NCBI GenBank assembly: GCA_963843145.1
Contig: CAWJJC010000003.1
Span: forward strand, 1-64,000
From: an uncultured delta proteobacterium
GTDB lineage: Bacteria > Desulfobacterota > RBG-13-43-22
DNA: 64,000 bases
Direction: 5' to 3'
In this document: positions 52,501 to 62,428 of the stretch, in pieces
Layout: the number at the start of each line of letters is the position of its first letter
Numbering within the stretch: position 1 is the stretch's first letter
The notes under the pieces: generated by a model
Database searches by the model: none
What the model was told of the DNA's origin: nothing
What the model saw: only the letters and a program-made list of their open reading frames with translations
Translations under genes and position numbers: made by a program

Positions 52501-53754
52501 GATGATTTCCAGCCAGGAGCGGATATTCTCGATATGGGCCGGGTTGACCCGGATCTGCCAGTCCGCATTGGCGCCGGCGAGCTGCGGATGCTGAAACCCG
52601 AAGGCGATCAGCTCATCGATAAAGGTGTCCGCCAGCGGGTGATAGTTCAATTTGAAGACTTCTCGGGCCACGGTGGTAATGCAATTCAGGACGGTGCTGC
52701 GGTACTGAAAACAAGTTGCACATTTCTTTAGGAGCTGGAATACGTTTCGGACAAAATCGGTCAGATTCTCCGGCGTCTTCTCCCGAAACACCAGGGCCAG
52801 ACAGCGGTTGATCTCGATCAGCGTCCGGCCGTGGATATCGGCCAGGGCCGGGACGTTGATGATGTGAAAGAGAAAATCCAGCTTGATCAGGTACTCCCGA
52901 CCGGCATAGAGGCCGGACCGTTCCAGTTCGTCGGCCACCAATAGATAGCCTTCGACAATCTGGGCGTAATCGGGCCGGGTCAGGTAGCCTTCCGTTCCCG
53001 CACCGGCCTCCGGCCCGGGCCTTTCCGGCAGCGACTTTAGCTCCTCCCGCAGGGCGGCCAGCGATCGATGGGTCAGAGGCTTGACGATGGCATCGTAGCC
53101 GAAAAGGGCGGAAGCCTCCTCCCCCTCCCGGTTGAACCAATCCCGGGGATCGGGTTGTTCCAGCCAGAAAGAATATGTCGCCTGGAAGACCTGACGAAGA
53201 AATTGACCCAGGGGGAGGCCGTCGAACGAAAACGACTGCTCTCGAGCCGCCTGAAGGAGCTTTTTCCCATAGGTCGAACCTTTCCGGAAAAGGAAAGCCT
53301 CCTCTCGGGATAAATCAAGAAGGTTGTCGAGGAGGCCGGGGAAAAGGGTTCGATTCCGTTCGATCAATCCGCCGCTCTTGGACAGGATCAGGTCCAGAAA
53401 ATCAAAGAGGTATCGGAGGGCTGTTTCCCGGGTTTCTTCTCCGGCGCGGGAACGGATCACCTCGAGGTAAATCCCGACAAAAGTCTCCAACGCTTCCAGC
53501 CCTTTTTCATGGCGGTTAAAGTCATGGAGGTCGCCCAGGGAGAGGGTGCGGAGTTGCTTCAAGACGATCTCCCAGTTCACGAAGGGATGATTCATTTCCG
53601 TCAGGAGTTCCTGGGTCCGCTTGAAAACACCGTAGTGCTCCCGGGTAATGTCGAGCAGGACCCGGTATTTTTCGGGTATTTCCACCGTGGCGGCGGTTCG
53701 TTCCAGATTGGCCTGCAGGGCGGTGGAGACGAAGGTGGTTTCTGTATCTTTCAT
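49537..53754 (-). CDS. PPDK-like dikinase with long N-terminal extension and no pyruvate-binding barrel
   Basis: GNKG..VPPGFVLTT, LSVRSGA..PGMM, SGSGVIFTRDP, QGDDIVSG, GGSTSHAAV near the C-terminus. Confidence 0.85.
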   Translation of the reverse strand: MKDTETTFVSTALQANLERTAATVEIPEKYRVLLDITREHYGVFKRTQELLTEMNHPFVNWEIVLKQLRTLSLGDLHDFNRHEKGLEALETFVGIYLEVIRSRAGEETRETALRYLFDFLDLILSKSGGLIERNRTLFPGLLDNLLDLSREEAFLFRKGSTYGKKLLQAAREQSFSFDGLPLGQFLRQVFQATYSFWLEQPDPRDWFNREGEEASALFGYDAIVKPLTHRSLAALREELKSLPERPGPEAGAGTEGYLTRPDYAQIVEGYLLVADELERSGLYAGREYLIKLDFLFHIINVPALADIHGRTLIEINRCLALVFREKTPENLTDFVRNVFQLLKKCATCFQYRSTVLNCITTVAREVFKLNYHPLADTFIDELIAFGFQHPQLAGANADWQIRVNPAHIENIRSWLEIIALKPRWTRRLLSALIINLKLGGVFIRDTDLLQKNISALLNTSIGPAFNLVKQLLRLFPIYYSEIGAEGELREISTEVDEIAFRQDPVVHFLRKQSHVESNSLLVSFLEDAFRYWATGKKSFLRAHLPEEVYAQTPEGARKTRGLQTIFRTLLEKVRSDPQGFLNWDGPRIAKEIQGVTETPEQDRERARLLIRFYQLLYKKYNPQHIDLLKDLETSYLFEATKVRDLRRHLQKKKQDKSLAVILDFLVQLKEVILSPEKSEYVENIYRKRHIAAGIPSMYGTYREKKFEALGLSLRLESLATLLFEELIQSLNLKFITKSTLVRIHRYLWLYIKALDLEGVAVEGLSAKMKYVSHALEIKQFSIDQYIDIFQFISKGIQDIIREYYIEVHQPNLPLIIAQISKEDGSTLGGRASGREEELFYQLSENFIRMAISSAFGLQVLDNFINRILRTLQAELEKFKENKQILTLVMAYEPETAITPLYRRDKKLDNQIRLGNKGYFLKELASMGFPVPPGFVLTTEVFRRIEALLGYQYIMDDLNVRILREIRHLERMVGRHFGDLKNPLLLSVRSGATISLPGMMQSILNVGINERIAEGLSQKKGFSWAAWDSYRRYLQSYGMLRGLDRNFFDSLIDTFKQRYGVSRKIQFSPDQMRLVALAYKRALEDKGLEVPERPWDQLQDAILRVIDSWNSEQARIYRRQMHLSDEWGTAVIVQTMIFGNLNSQSGSGVIFTRDPKSSAPGINLYGDFIFGVQGDDIVSGLVATYPISEKQRLNERKDTAISLEANFPEIFGQLLRLCEILIYEKRFNHQEIEFTFEQATREGLHILQTREMVQRETTKLPIFKDSPALKKSLLGNGIGVSGGALAGRAVYSEEEIRQYRESEPDTPLILIRPDSVPDDVGVLLQVEGLLTARGGSTSHAAVTIPQLNKVGVVGFTKLSVYETKGYSTVDGQTITGGDFISIDGWSGAVYQGRHEREALESNRVTL

Positions 53755-53994
53755 AAGTTTAGGCTATTTTTTTTTGCCGCAGACCCACGCGGACAAGGCA
53801 GACCATTTTTTTGCCCGGAGGACTTCTCCGGGCAAAACCCGCCATCGCTTTCGCGAGTCAAACGCATTCCATTAATAATTCCGTCCTGGTCACAATCGGT
53901 TTTATTGCCCGAAGGGCCGGACGGAAGCCTGGCGGCAGGTCGCCGCCAGGCTGTCTGCGCAAGTCGGCGGCAAAAAGGGGTTTGCCTTATCCAG

Positions 53995-54993
53995 CTATTT
54001 CATAATGAAGGACAAGAGCTCCAGCATTCGGTTGGAAAAGCCCCATTCATTGTCATACCAGGAGAGGACCTTGACCAGGGTGCCGCCGATCACGCTGGTG
54101 TTGGGCAGGTCCACGATCGAGGAATGCGGGTCCCCGTTGAAATCCAGGGACACCAATTCTTCTTCGGAACAGCGAAGGATGCCCTTCAGCGGGCCGTCGG
54201 CGTACTCCCTGAACTTGGAATTGACTTCGTCCTTGCTGGTGGCTCGGGATAAGGTGGCCACGAAATCGACCAGGGAGACGTTCGGTACGGGTACCCTGAC
54301 GGACAGGCCGTCCAATTTCCCTTTCATCTCCGGGATGACTTCCGCGATCGCTTTGGCCGCTCCGGTGGTGGTGGGGATCATGGACAGGGCGGCCGCCCGG
54401 GACCGGCGCAGATCCTTGTGCGGCTCGTCCTGGATGACCTGATCGTTGGTATAGGCATGGATCGTGGTCATCAGGCCGTATTCCACCCCGAATTCCCTCT
54501 GCAGGATCTTGACCACCGGAGCCAGGCAGTTGGTGGTGCAGGAGCCCATGGAGATGACGTGGTGTTTGGTTTTGTCGTACTGCTCCGGGTTAATTCCAAA
54601 GACGACCGTAACGTCCGGGTTTTTGGCCGGCGCGGAAATGACCACTTTTTTTGCCCCGGCCAGGAGGTGCCTTTCGGCGCCCGCCCGGTCGGTAAATTTG
54701 CCGGTGCTCTCCAGGACCACATCGACCTCCAGGGCTTTCCAGGGCAGGGACGCCGGATCCTTCATAGCGAAGGCCTTGATTTCCTTTCCGTCCACCCAAA
54801 TGGCGTTTTCTCCGGCCTTGACTTCCGCCTGCAGGACCCCATGGACTGAATCGTATTTCAGCAGATGGGCCATTGTCCGGGCATCGGCCAGATCATTGAC
54901 GGCCACGAATTCAACCGCGTTGCTCCTGAAACCCGCCCGAAATACCAGCCTCCCGATCCTCCCAAAACCATTTATAGCGACCTTAATGGACAT
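53995..54993 (-). CDS. gap: Glyceraldehyde-3-phosphate dehydrogenase, type I
   Basis: INGFGRIGR, SCTTNCLAP, PTTTGAAKA, WYDNEWG. Confidence 0.98.
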   Translation of the reverse strand: MSIKVAINGFGRIGRLVFRAGFRSNAVEFVAVNDLADARTMAHLLKYDSVHGVLQAEVKAGENAIWVDGKEIKAFAMKDPASLPWKALEVDVVLESTGKFTDRAGAERHLLAGAKKVVISAPAKNPDVTVVFGINPEQYDKTKHHVISMGSCTTNCLAPVVKILQREFGVEYGLMTTIHAYTNDQVIQDEPHKDLRRSRAAALSMIPTTTGAAKAIAEVIPEMKGKLDGLSVRVPVPNVSLVDFVATLSRATSKDEVNSKFREYADGPLKGILRCSEEELVSLDFNGDPHSSIVDLPNTSVIGGTLVKVLSWYDNEWGFSNRMLELLSFIMK

Positions 54994-55182
54994 GATTATT
55001 TCCTCTTTCTGAAAAGGGTTAGGGGACTATGGAAATTGAGAACTTAGTGAAATGCTATCCGAAAGAAGGGGGCTTGTCAACTTATTGCGCCGGGGTTCAG
55101 GGACCCCGGTATGCGGGAAGCACCTTTTATGTCAATACGTTGGAGGGAAAAGGCCGGGGAGACTATTTTACATATTAACGTC

Positions 55183-55269
55183 GAACATTGAACATCGAAC
55201 GTCCAACCTCGAATGAAATACAAACCCCCCGTTCAAAATTCGATGTTGGGCGTTCGATGTTCAATGTTC
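55183..55269. repeat. 32-bp inverted repeat with heptamer periodicity
   Basis: GAACATTGAACATCGAACGTCCAACCTCGAAT / ATTCGATGTTGGGCGTTCGATGTTCAATGTTC, 30/32 match. Confidence 0.9.
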
Positions 55270-55306
55270 ATCCTTTTCAGTTATCCTCCCCCACCTTGTC
55301 TGCGGG

Positions 55307-56608
55307 TTATTCTTCCTCTTCCTTGGCCTTCAGTTCCTCGGGGATGTACATGATCTCCTCGAAAATTTCCTTGAAGGACATGACCTTGATTCCCAGGTCG
55401 TATTCCTTTCCCAGGTCGCGGACCTGGTCGTAGCAGTTGTGGCAGGGGCAGATGACGATCTTGGCACCGGTGGCCCTGATCTGGTCGGCCTTGGCCTTGC
55501 CGGCTTCCATGCGGCGCCGTTTAAAGGGCGGTCCCATGGGGATGGCTCCGCCGCCGCCCGAGCAACAATAGTTGTAATTCCCGTGGGGATTCATTTCCCG
55601 GAAATCCTCGGCGATGTGGCTGACGATGAACCGGGCCTCGTCGGCCAGGCCGCCGTTCCGGGAGACATTGCACGGGTCCTGAAAGGTAATGGGATCTTTG
55701 ATTTTATGGGTGAACTTCAGCCGCCCTTCGCGGATGTATTCGGCGAAAAGTTTTACGCTGTGGATGACCTCAAAATTATGCTCACGCCCCAACCAGATCG
55801 GCCCTTCAAACTGAACGGCCCGAAGTGCGTGGCCTCACTCGGTGATGACGACGCGCTGGACCTGCAGCTCTTCGGCGGCGTCGCGGATCAGCTTAACAAT
55901 GTAACCGGCGGTCTTCAGGTCACCGGCAAACATGGCCAAGTTGGTGTCGTCCCAACCCATCTTGCTGGGAACGGTCCAGTCCTCTCCGACCACATGAAAG
56001 ACTTTGGCCGCCAATTGGATGTCCTGGGGATAATACTTAGGCTCCCGGGCATTGACGGTATACATGATCTTGGCGCCTTTCTTGTCGATCGGAATGGTAG
56101 CGCCGGGAAGCTCCTCTTGCAATTCCTCCTCCATCCACTTCACGGTTTCCACCCAGTCTTCTTCGGAGACGGCCATCTGGTTGCCGGTCTCGAGATAGTT
56201 CTTGATGGCGGCCTTCAACCCTTCCGGGGCCATGCCCTGGGAGGTCAGAATTCCCCGCAGCGTGGCCACCATGGTGGCCATGTCGATGCCGAAGGGGCAG
56301 AACATGGTGCAGCGGCGACAAATGGTGCAGTCGCCGTAAGCGATGTCATAGATTTCCCGGAGGTATTTTTCGTCCACCTTCCCTTTTTTTTTGACGAATT
56401 CTTTCAGCTTCTGGGCCTTGTAGGAGGGGACCATCTTGGGGTCTTTGTTCTTGGAGACATAAAAATGACAGGTGTCGGCACACAAGCCGCAATGGGCGCA
56501 GATCCGCATCCACATCTTCAGGCGGGCGTTCATCCGGGTGTCGATGGCCTGGCGGATGGACTCGGGATCGATGGTGACTTCGGGATACTTTCGTTGGGCT
56601 TCAGCCAT
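55307..56608 (-). CDS. HdrD/DsrK-like Fe-S CCG-domain oxidoreductase, selenoprotein (UGA at 55835-55837)
   Basis: CAHCGLCADTC, CTICRRCTMFCP, ITE-UGA-GH in frame with ...YCCSGGGG...CPCHNC; 433 aa with readthrough. Confidence 0.9.
55800..55820 (-). promoter_or_regulatory. Bacterial SECIS-like hairpin
   Basis: GGCC-G-UUCA-GUU-UGAA-G-GGCC starting 14 nt after the UGA. Confidence 0.7.
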
Positions 56609-56632
56609 TGGAGTACTCCTCTTGATGACGGG

Positions 56633-57319
56633 TTAAACGGAATAGTTCCTTCGCCCGAATTCGACGCCGATAACCGAGCGGGAAACAAAGAACAGGATCC
56701 AGTGGGACAATTTGGAAAAGGGGACCAGTATCAGCATCAGTTCACCGGTCAGGATGTGGAGGGTAGTGGTATACTGCCCATAGAAGGGTAGCACCGAGGT
56801 CGTCCAGGCGTATACGCTGCCGTCCGGGTGGGTGTTGATGTATCCGGTGATGAAAGGCAGGGCGCAAACGATTAAAAGCAGATAATCCGAGGCGGTGGTG
56901 ATGATCCGGACTTCAGCCAGAACTATTCGTCGCACGATAAAGAAAAGGGTGATGGCGATCAAGGTCAGGGTCATCCAATCCGCCCAGTTGTCCGGCATTT
57001 GCCACCAACTCCAGCCAAAGCGGCTTTCCTGCCAGAGCGTGACATGGGCGCTGAAGAAGATAGGAACGGCCAGGAGACAAATATGAAAGACATATCCCAG
57101 AATGGTAAAGACGGGGGTTTTTTTAAGGTCCACATTTAAGGGGAGTAACCAACGCAGGATGGAAAGACTCATCCATTTAAAACTGAAATAACGATAAACG
57201 GGTTTGTCTTTTTTGGTACTCAGGGTGATGAAAAAAAGTAAGCGCAAGGCGCTTCCGACCAGGAAGGTTAGAAAGGCGATCCATAACAGGGGTCCTTCGA
57301 CAAAAGAAGTAAACGTCAT
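56633..57319 (-). CDS. NarI/DsrM-like membrane cytochrome b subunit
   Basis: FVEGPLLW, YVFHICL, AHVTLW, LHILTGE..VPFSKLSH with heme-ligand His pattern. Confidence 0.85.
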   Translation of the reverse strand: MTFTSFVEGPLLWIAFLTFLVGSALRLLFFITLSTKKDKPVYRYFSFKWMSLSILRWLLPLNVDLKKTPVFTILGYVFHICLLAVPIFFSAHVTLWQESRFGWSWWQMPDNWADWMTLTLIAITLFFIVRRIVLAEVRIITTASDYLLLIVCALPFITGYINTHPDGSVYAWTTSVLPFYGQYTTTLHILTGELMLILVPFSKLSHWILFFVSRSVIGVEFGRRNYSV

Positions 57320-57630
57320 GACGACCTCCTTGAGATACAGAGATGGGTTTTTGAAGGGCTTAATTATTCACTATAACACAAGGCCCTATTTTCTTACTGA
57401 AAATAATATCCCCTGTCAATAAGTAATCTCTTCGGATGAAAAGAATATATTCGCCAGGGAAAATATTAGTCAAAATAAATTAGTTAGTTATGGAATGCAT
57501 GGGTTATTGACGGGCAGGGCCTGATCTCGGATTGCCAGGGGGTAATCCCGGAATCAGGGGACTATGTGAAATTTAGAACAATATTCTCTTTCGAGTAGCG
57601 GATTTAAAACGAAAATTCAATTACCCTGGG

Positions 57631-59289
57631 CTAGGCCGGTTTTTTGAATTTCTTAAAAAGATCGGCCATGGTCCCGAGGGCTCCGGATCCCTGATCCTGT
57701 CCCAAGTAGTGTTTCAATTCGGCTCGTTCCTGGTTTTCAATGACCGATTTCCTAGAGAGGGAGATCCGGCCCTGATCGTCGATCTTGATGACCTCCACTT
57801 CCAATTCCTCTCCTTCCTTCAATCCTTTGGGGGAAGAACCGGACCCGGCGGCCAGGTTACTTTGGTGAAGCAGGCCGCGAACCCGGGAGCCCAATTCGGG
57901 CAGATCCAGAAAGAGGCCGTAGGGTTTGACGCTGCTGATGACGCCTCTGGTGATCAGGCCGACTCGGGGCTTCAGGGGGGAAAACGGAAGAGCAGGGACC
58001 GACCGGTCCTCCGGAATTTCGACTCCGGCGGAAGACAGGGGAGATGAATGCGAATCCCCGGCCTCTAATTCATCCAACCTCCGACCGCGGCGGATCACAT
58101 CGCCGGTACGGGTCTCGGAAAGTTCGCCGGTCGAGTGCTCCGCCGGGGGAGCGGCTGCCTTCAGCGAGAGAGATACCCGTTGACGATCCCGGTCGATTTC
58201 CAGAATCATGACCGTTACGGTTTCCCCGGGGCTGAGCACCTGTTTGGGATGGGCAATCCGCCGGTCGGATATCTCTGAAATATGAATCAATCCTTCCAGG
58301 CCCGGGCTCAACTCCACAAAGGCGCCGTAAGGGGTTAAATGGCTGACCTGGCCGGAGACCAGGGTCCCTTCCTGAAAGGGGAGTTCCGCCTGCCAGGGAT
58401 CCGGTTCCAAGGATTTCATGGATAGACTGATTCGTTCTTCCCCTTTTTCCCCCTGCTCCAGTCGCAGGACTTGGACTCTGACCGCCTGCCCGGTTTGGAG
58501 GCGGTCGGCGGGGTCGGCGACCTGCTGCCTCGAAATTTCGGAAATGTGCAGCAAACCCTCTAGTCCGCCCAGATCCACAAAGGCGCCGAAGGGGGTTAAG
58601 CGCGTTATCACGCCGTCCAGAACGGCCCCTATGGCCAGGGTCTCTCTCACCTTGGCGGCCTGCGCTTCCCGTTCGGCCTGCAACACGGCCCTGCGGGAGA
58701 GGAGCACGTTCCGTCCTTCCTCCTCAATTCTCAGCACCTGGAATTTTTGGTTGGTCCCCACCAGGACTTCCGGATTTTCGCAGTAATGAAGGTCAATCTG
58801 GGAAAGGGGGCAAAAGGCCCGAGCGCCGCCAATCTCCACTTCCAATCCCCCTTTGTTGACCTTAAGGACCAGCCCTTCTACCGGGAGGTCCGCCTCATAG
58901 GCCCTCTGGAGCAATTCCCGTCCGGGCGTTCCGAGGGCTTTCCGCAGGCTCGTCCCCAGGTGGACTCCATGAGGAGTAAATTCGATCACGGTGAGGGAAA
59001 CCTCGGAGCCAACGGCGATGGTGGACCGGCCTTCGGCGTCTACAAAATTATCGATCGAGGCCCAGCCCTCGGCTTTATACCCGAAATCGACAAACACCGT
59101 ATCTTTAGTGATTAGGACGACCTGGCCTTGTACCATGTCTCCGGGTTGGATTTTCTTTCGGGAGGTCATGGAAGGTCGGGATTCGAAGAGTTCCGCAAAA
59201 CTGGTTTCTTCCGGTTGTCTTTCGGAAGGGTCTGAGGTTAATTCCGCTTCGTCTGGCGAAGGCTGGTCTTTCAGATCTGTTGAGTCCAT
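57631..59289 (-). CDS. Ribosomal protein S1-like multi-S1-domain protein
   Basis: Repeated FGAFVDLGG.EGLLHISE S1 motifs; AFCPLSQI. Confidence 0.88.
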   Translation of the reverse strand: MDSTDLKDQPSPDEAELTSDPSERQPEETSFAELFESRPSMTSRKKIQPGDMVQGQVVLITKDTVFVDFGYKAEGWASIDNFVDAEGRSTIAVGSEVSLTVIEFTPHGVHLGTSLRKALGTPGRELLQRAYEADLPVEGLVLKVNKGGLEVEIGGARAFCPLSQIDLHYCENPEVLVGTNQKFQVLRIEEEGRNVLLSRRAVLQAEREAQAAKVRETLAIGAVLDGVITRLTPFGAFVDLGGLEGLLHISEISRQQVADPADRLQTGQAVRVQVLRLEQGEKGEERISLSMKSLEPDPWQAELPFQEGTLVSGQVSHLTPYGAFVELSPGLEGLIHISEISDRRIAHPKQVLSPGETVTVMILEIDRDRQRVSLSLKAAAPPAEHSTGELSETRTGDVIRRGRRLDELEAGDSHSSPLSSAGVEIPEDRSVPALPFSPLKPRVGLITRGVISSVKPYGLFLDLPELGSRVRGLLHQSNLAAGSGSSPKGLKEGEELEVEVIKIDDQGRISLSRKSVIENQERAELKHYLGQDQGSGALGTMADLFKKFKKPA

Positions 59290-59355
59290 TGGGATCCTTT
59301 ACTATTACATGAATACGAAATTTCGAATTTGAACCAAAAATTTAAATATTTTTGG

Positions 59356-61425
59356 TTAGGTTTTTCCCTGGCCGCCGGCGGAAGGTGGGGATACCGGGCT
59401 GTAATGTGAAAAATGCATGGAAAAGGTTGCCCGACCTTGGCTGGCCGACCGCAGGGCCGTTGAATAGCCGAACATCAGCGAAAGGGGGGCGATGGCTCGA
59501 ACCTGTTGGATCTTTTTGCGGGAGCTGATTTTTTCGATTTTCCCTTTGCGGCCGTTTAAGTCCCCGATCACTTCTCCTAGGAATTCGTCGGGCACGATGA
59601 TTTCCATCCGCATGATGGGTTCCAGGAGTACCGGGTGGGCTTTCTGGCAGCCGTTACGAAAAGCCAGAGCGGCCGCCACCCGAAAGGCCATCTCCGAAAA
59701 TTGGCTTTCCGTGGTCTGTGCTTTGGTCAGGACTACCTTGACATCGACTACCGGGTATCCCTGAACCACCCCGGAAGTGCAGGATTCGTTCACGGCCGAC
59801 TCAATGGCATCAACGATGGCGGCGGGGACCGTTTCCTCCGGGACCAGGCTCATAAAGAGATTTCCTTCCCCGCGGGAGTTAGGGATCAATTGGAGGTTGA
59901 CCTGAGCCTGATGATGGACCCCTGCCAGTTCCCGATCAAAGATTTCTTCCACCTCGGCGGCCTGCCGAATGGTTTCCCGGTAGACGACCTGGGGTTTTCC
60001 GGTGTTGACCGACAGGTTATATTCCCTTTCCAAGCGGTGAACCAGCACCTCCAGATGCAGTTCCCCCATGCCGGAAATGACCGTCTGGCCGGAATCCTCG
60101 TCCATTCGAAAATGAAAGGTGGGGTCCTCCTCGGCCATTTTCCCTAGCACGTCGAGGATCTTTTCCTGCTGGCCGGAGGTCTTAGGCTCAATAGCCAGAG
60201 AGAGGACCGGTTCGTAAGTGTCAATGGCTTCCAGGATGATGGGGTGTTCAGGATCGGTCAAGGTATCGCCGGTAGCGGAGCTTTTTAAGCCGATGACCCC
60301 GATGATGTCCCCCGCCCGGGCCTGTTCGATCCGCTCCCGCTTGTTGGCATGCATGCGCAGGATGCGGGCCACCCGTTCCCGGGTTTTTTTAAGGGGGCTA
60401 TAGACCTCCTGGCCCACATTCAGGATGCCTGAATAGATCCTCAAATAGGTGAGCTTCCGTCCCTGATCCATGCTGATCTTAAAGGCCAGGCCGGCAAAGG
60501 GAGCGTCGTCCCGAGGGGGGCGGTTTTCCAGGATTTTGGTGTTTGGATTCTGGCCGCTTACCGGCGGAATATCGAGAGGATTCGGAAGAAAATGCACAAT
60601 ACCGTCCAACAGCGGCTGGACGCCTTTGTTCCTTAGGGCGGCTCCGCAGAAGACCGGAACGATTTTTAAATCGATGGTCCCTTGACGGATTACCGGAAGC
60701 AGGGATTCCGCTTCGATGGTTTCGCCGCCCAAATAACGCTCCAGAAGGGTTTCATCCAAGTCGGCCAGTATTTCCAATAATTTTTCCCGGTACAAGGCCG
60801 CTTCCTCCTGCAGTTCTGCCGGGATGGGCTGCACATCAAACTCGGCCCCCATGTTGTCCTCGTTCCATTTAAGGGCGTTAAAATGGAGCAGGTCGATGGT
60901 CCCCTGGAAATTTTCTTCCTTCCCCCAAGGCAGATGGAGGATTAGGGGCTGGGCCCCCAATTTATCTTTGATCTGGGAAACGGTCCCCTGGAAATCCGCG
61001 CCTACCCGGTCGAGTTTGTTGATAAAGGCGATTCGGGGCACATGGTACTTGTCCGCCTGGTGCCAGACGGTCTCCGACTGGGGCTCCACCCCGCCCACGG
61101 CGCAGAAAACAGCCACGGCCCCGTCCAAAATACGCAAGGAACGCTCCACTTCTATGGTGAAATCCACGTGACCGGGGGTGTCGATTATGTTGATGGTCTG
61201 GTTCAACCAATGGCAGGTGGTCACGGCCGAGGTGATGGTGATGCCCCGTTCCTGTTCTTCAGGCATCCAGTCCATGACCGCCTCCCCGTCATGGACCTCC
61301 CCGATTTTGTAGGATTTGCCGGTATAAAAAAGGATGCGCTCGGTCAAAGTGGTCTTGCCGGCATCGATGTGGGCCATAATGCCGATGTTTCGTATCTTGC
61401 GCAGTCGTGAATCTTTGGCCGTCAT
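59356..61425 (-). CDS. fusA: Elongation factor G (stand-alone paralogue)
   Basis: [30 protein letters not shown]; no rpsL/rpsG/tuf alongside. Confidence 0.95.
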   Translation of the reverse strand: MTAKDSRLRKIRNIGIMAHIDAGKTTLTERILFYTGKSYKIGEVHDGEAVMDWMPEEQERGITITSAVTTCHWLNQTINIIDTPGHVDFTIEVERSLRILDGAVAVFCAVGGVEPQSETVWHQADKYHVPRIAFINKLDRVGADFQGTVSQIKDKLGAQPLILHLPWGKEENFQGTIDLLHFNALKWNEDNMGAEFDVQPIPAELQEEAALYREKLLEILADLDETLLERYLGGETIEAESLLPVIRQGTIDLKIVPVFCGAALRNKGVQPLLDGIVHFLPNPLDIPPVSGQNPNTKILENRPPRDDAPFAGLAFKISMDQGRKLTYLRIYSGILNVGQEVYSPLKKTRERVARILRMHANKRERIEQARAGDIIGVIGLKSSATGDTLTDPEHPIILEAIDTYEPVLSLAIEPKTSGQQEKILDVLGKMAEEDPTFHFRMDEDSGQTVISGMGELHLEVLVHRLEREYNLSVNTGKPQVVYRETIRQAAEVEEIFDRELAGVHHQAQVNLQLIPNSRGEGNLFMSLVPEETVPAAIVDAIESAVNESCTSGVVQGYPVVDVKVVLTKAQTTESQFSEMAFRVAAALAFRNGCQKAHPVLLEPIMRMEIIVPDEFLGEVIGDLNGRKGKIEKISSRKKIQQVRAIAPLSLMFGYSTALRSASQGRATFSMHFSHYSPVSPPSAGGQGKT

Positions 61426-61571
61426 ACCGGGAACCCCGATTCCTCCGTTAGGTAGGGGGAACTGTAGGCTATTTTCCATCATTCGTCAAGGGGGCAAAGC
61501 AAAAGGTGCCCGTCGCGAGGGGAAGGATCCTCACGGGTAAGGCGTTGTTAATTTCAGGGACCTTTGCTATA

Positions 61572-62240
61572 ATGAACGCTATGTTTTCGGTTGCGCGATC
61601 CCAATTACTGGCGATCTACAAACGCCTCCAGGCTGCCTTAGGGCCGAGCGGTTGGTGGCCGGGGGAAACCCCGTTGGAGATTATCGTCGGGGCTATTCTA
61701 ACCCAAAACACCTCCTGGCGCAATGTGGAGCAGGCTTTGGCCCGACTGAAAGAGGAGGGGGCTCTCTCGGTTGAGCGGCTAACGCGAATGGGGGAAGCAC
61801 AATTGGCCGAGTGGATTCGGCCGGCCGGATATTATCGGATCAAGGCCCGGCGCCTCAAAAATTTTTTTCATTTTCTCCAAGAGGAGTATCAGGGCCAAAT
61901 CGGGGCACTGGTTGAGCAGCCTCTGGAAAAAGTCCGGGATCAACTGTTGGGTGTTCGGGGCGTTGGGCCGGAAACGGCGGACAGTATACTATTGTACGCC
62001 CTGGGCAAGCCCACATTTGTGGTGGACGCCTACACCCATCGGATCTTTTCCCGTCACCGACTGGTTCCCGAGGAATCCGACTATGAGGGCTTGCGCTCTT
62101 TTTTTATGGAGTCCTTGCCGGAGGAAGCCCCCCTGTTCAACGAATTTCATGCCCTCATTGTTCGGACGGCCAAGACCTATTGCAAGAAAAAGGCGCCGCT
62201 TTGCGGGGAGTGTCCCTTGCGGGACCTGGAGCCGGCTTGA
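61572..62240 (+). CDS. Endonuclease III-like HhH-GPD protein
   Basis: GAILTQNT, GVGPETADSI, VVDAY, C-terminal Cys cluster; start uncertain. Confidence 0.88.
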   Translation: MNAMFSVARSQLLAIYKRLQAALGPSGWWPGETPLEIIVGAILTQNTSWRNVEQALARLKEEGALSVERLTRMGEAQLAEWIRPAGYYRIKARRLKNFFHFLQEEYQGQIGALVEQPLEKVRDQLLGVRGVGPETADSILLYALGKPTFVVDAYTHRIFSRHRLVPEESDYEGLRSFFMESLPEEAPLFNEFHALIVRTAKTYCKKKAPLCGECPLRDLEPA

Positions 62241-62334
62241 CCTAAATCAGCCGGTTTTTTTCTCTCGGGCCTTATGCGGACAGCCGAGGCAGGAAAATAT
62301 AAAGGGGCGAGAAAACTAGCTAATTGGATACCAT

Positions 62335-62380
62335 AATAATCAATAGTCAATTGTTAATTATCAATTGACTATTGATTATT
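62335..62380. repeat. Perfect 19-bp inverted repeat with heptamer periodicity
   Basis: AATAATCAATAGTCAATTG / CAATTGACTATTGATTATT. Confidence 0.85.
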
Positions 62381-62428
62381 GAACATGTTGCAAGTTAAAG
62401 AGGCTATTTACGTCTTAAGGATGGAAAC

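Noticed and set aside
55439-56791. 450-aa plus-strand ORF and similar long antisense ORFs (e.g. 3832-4764, 11810-12655, 48378-49307)
   Set aside because: Shadows of well-supported opposite-strand genes in GC-rich DNA, with no recognisable motifs
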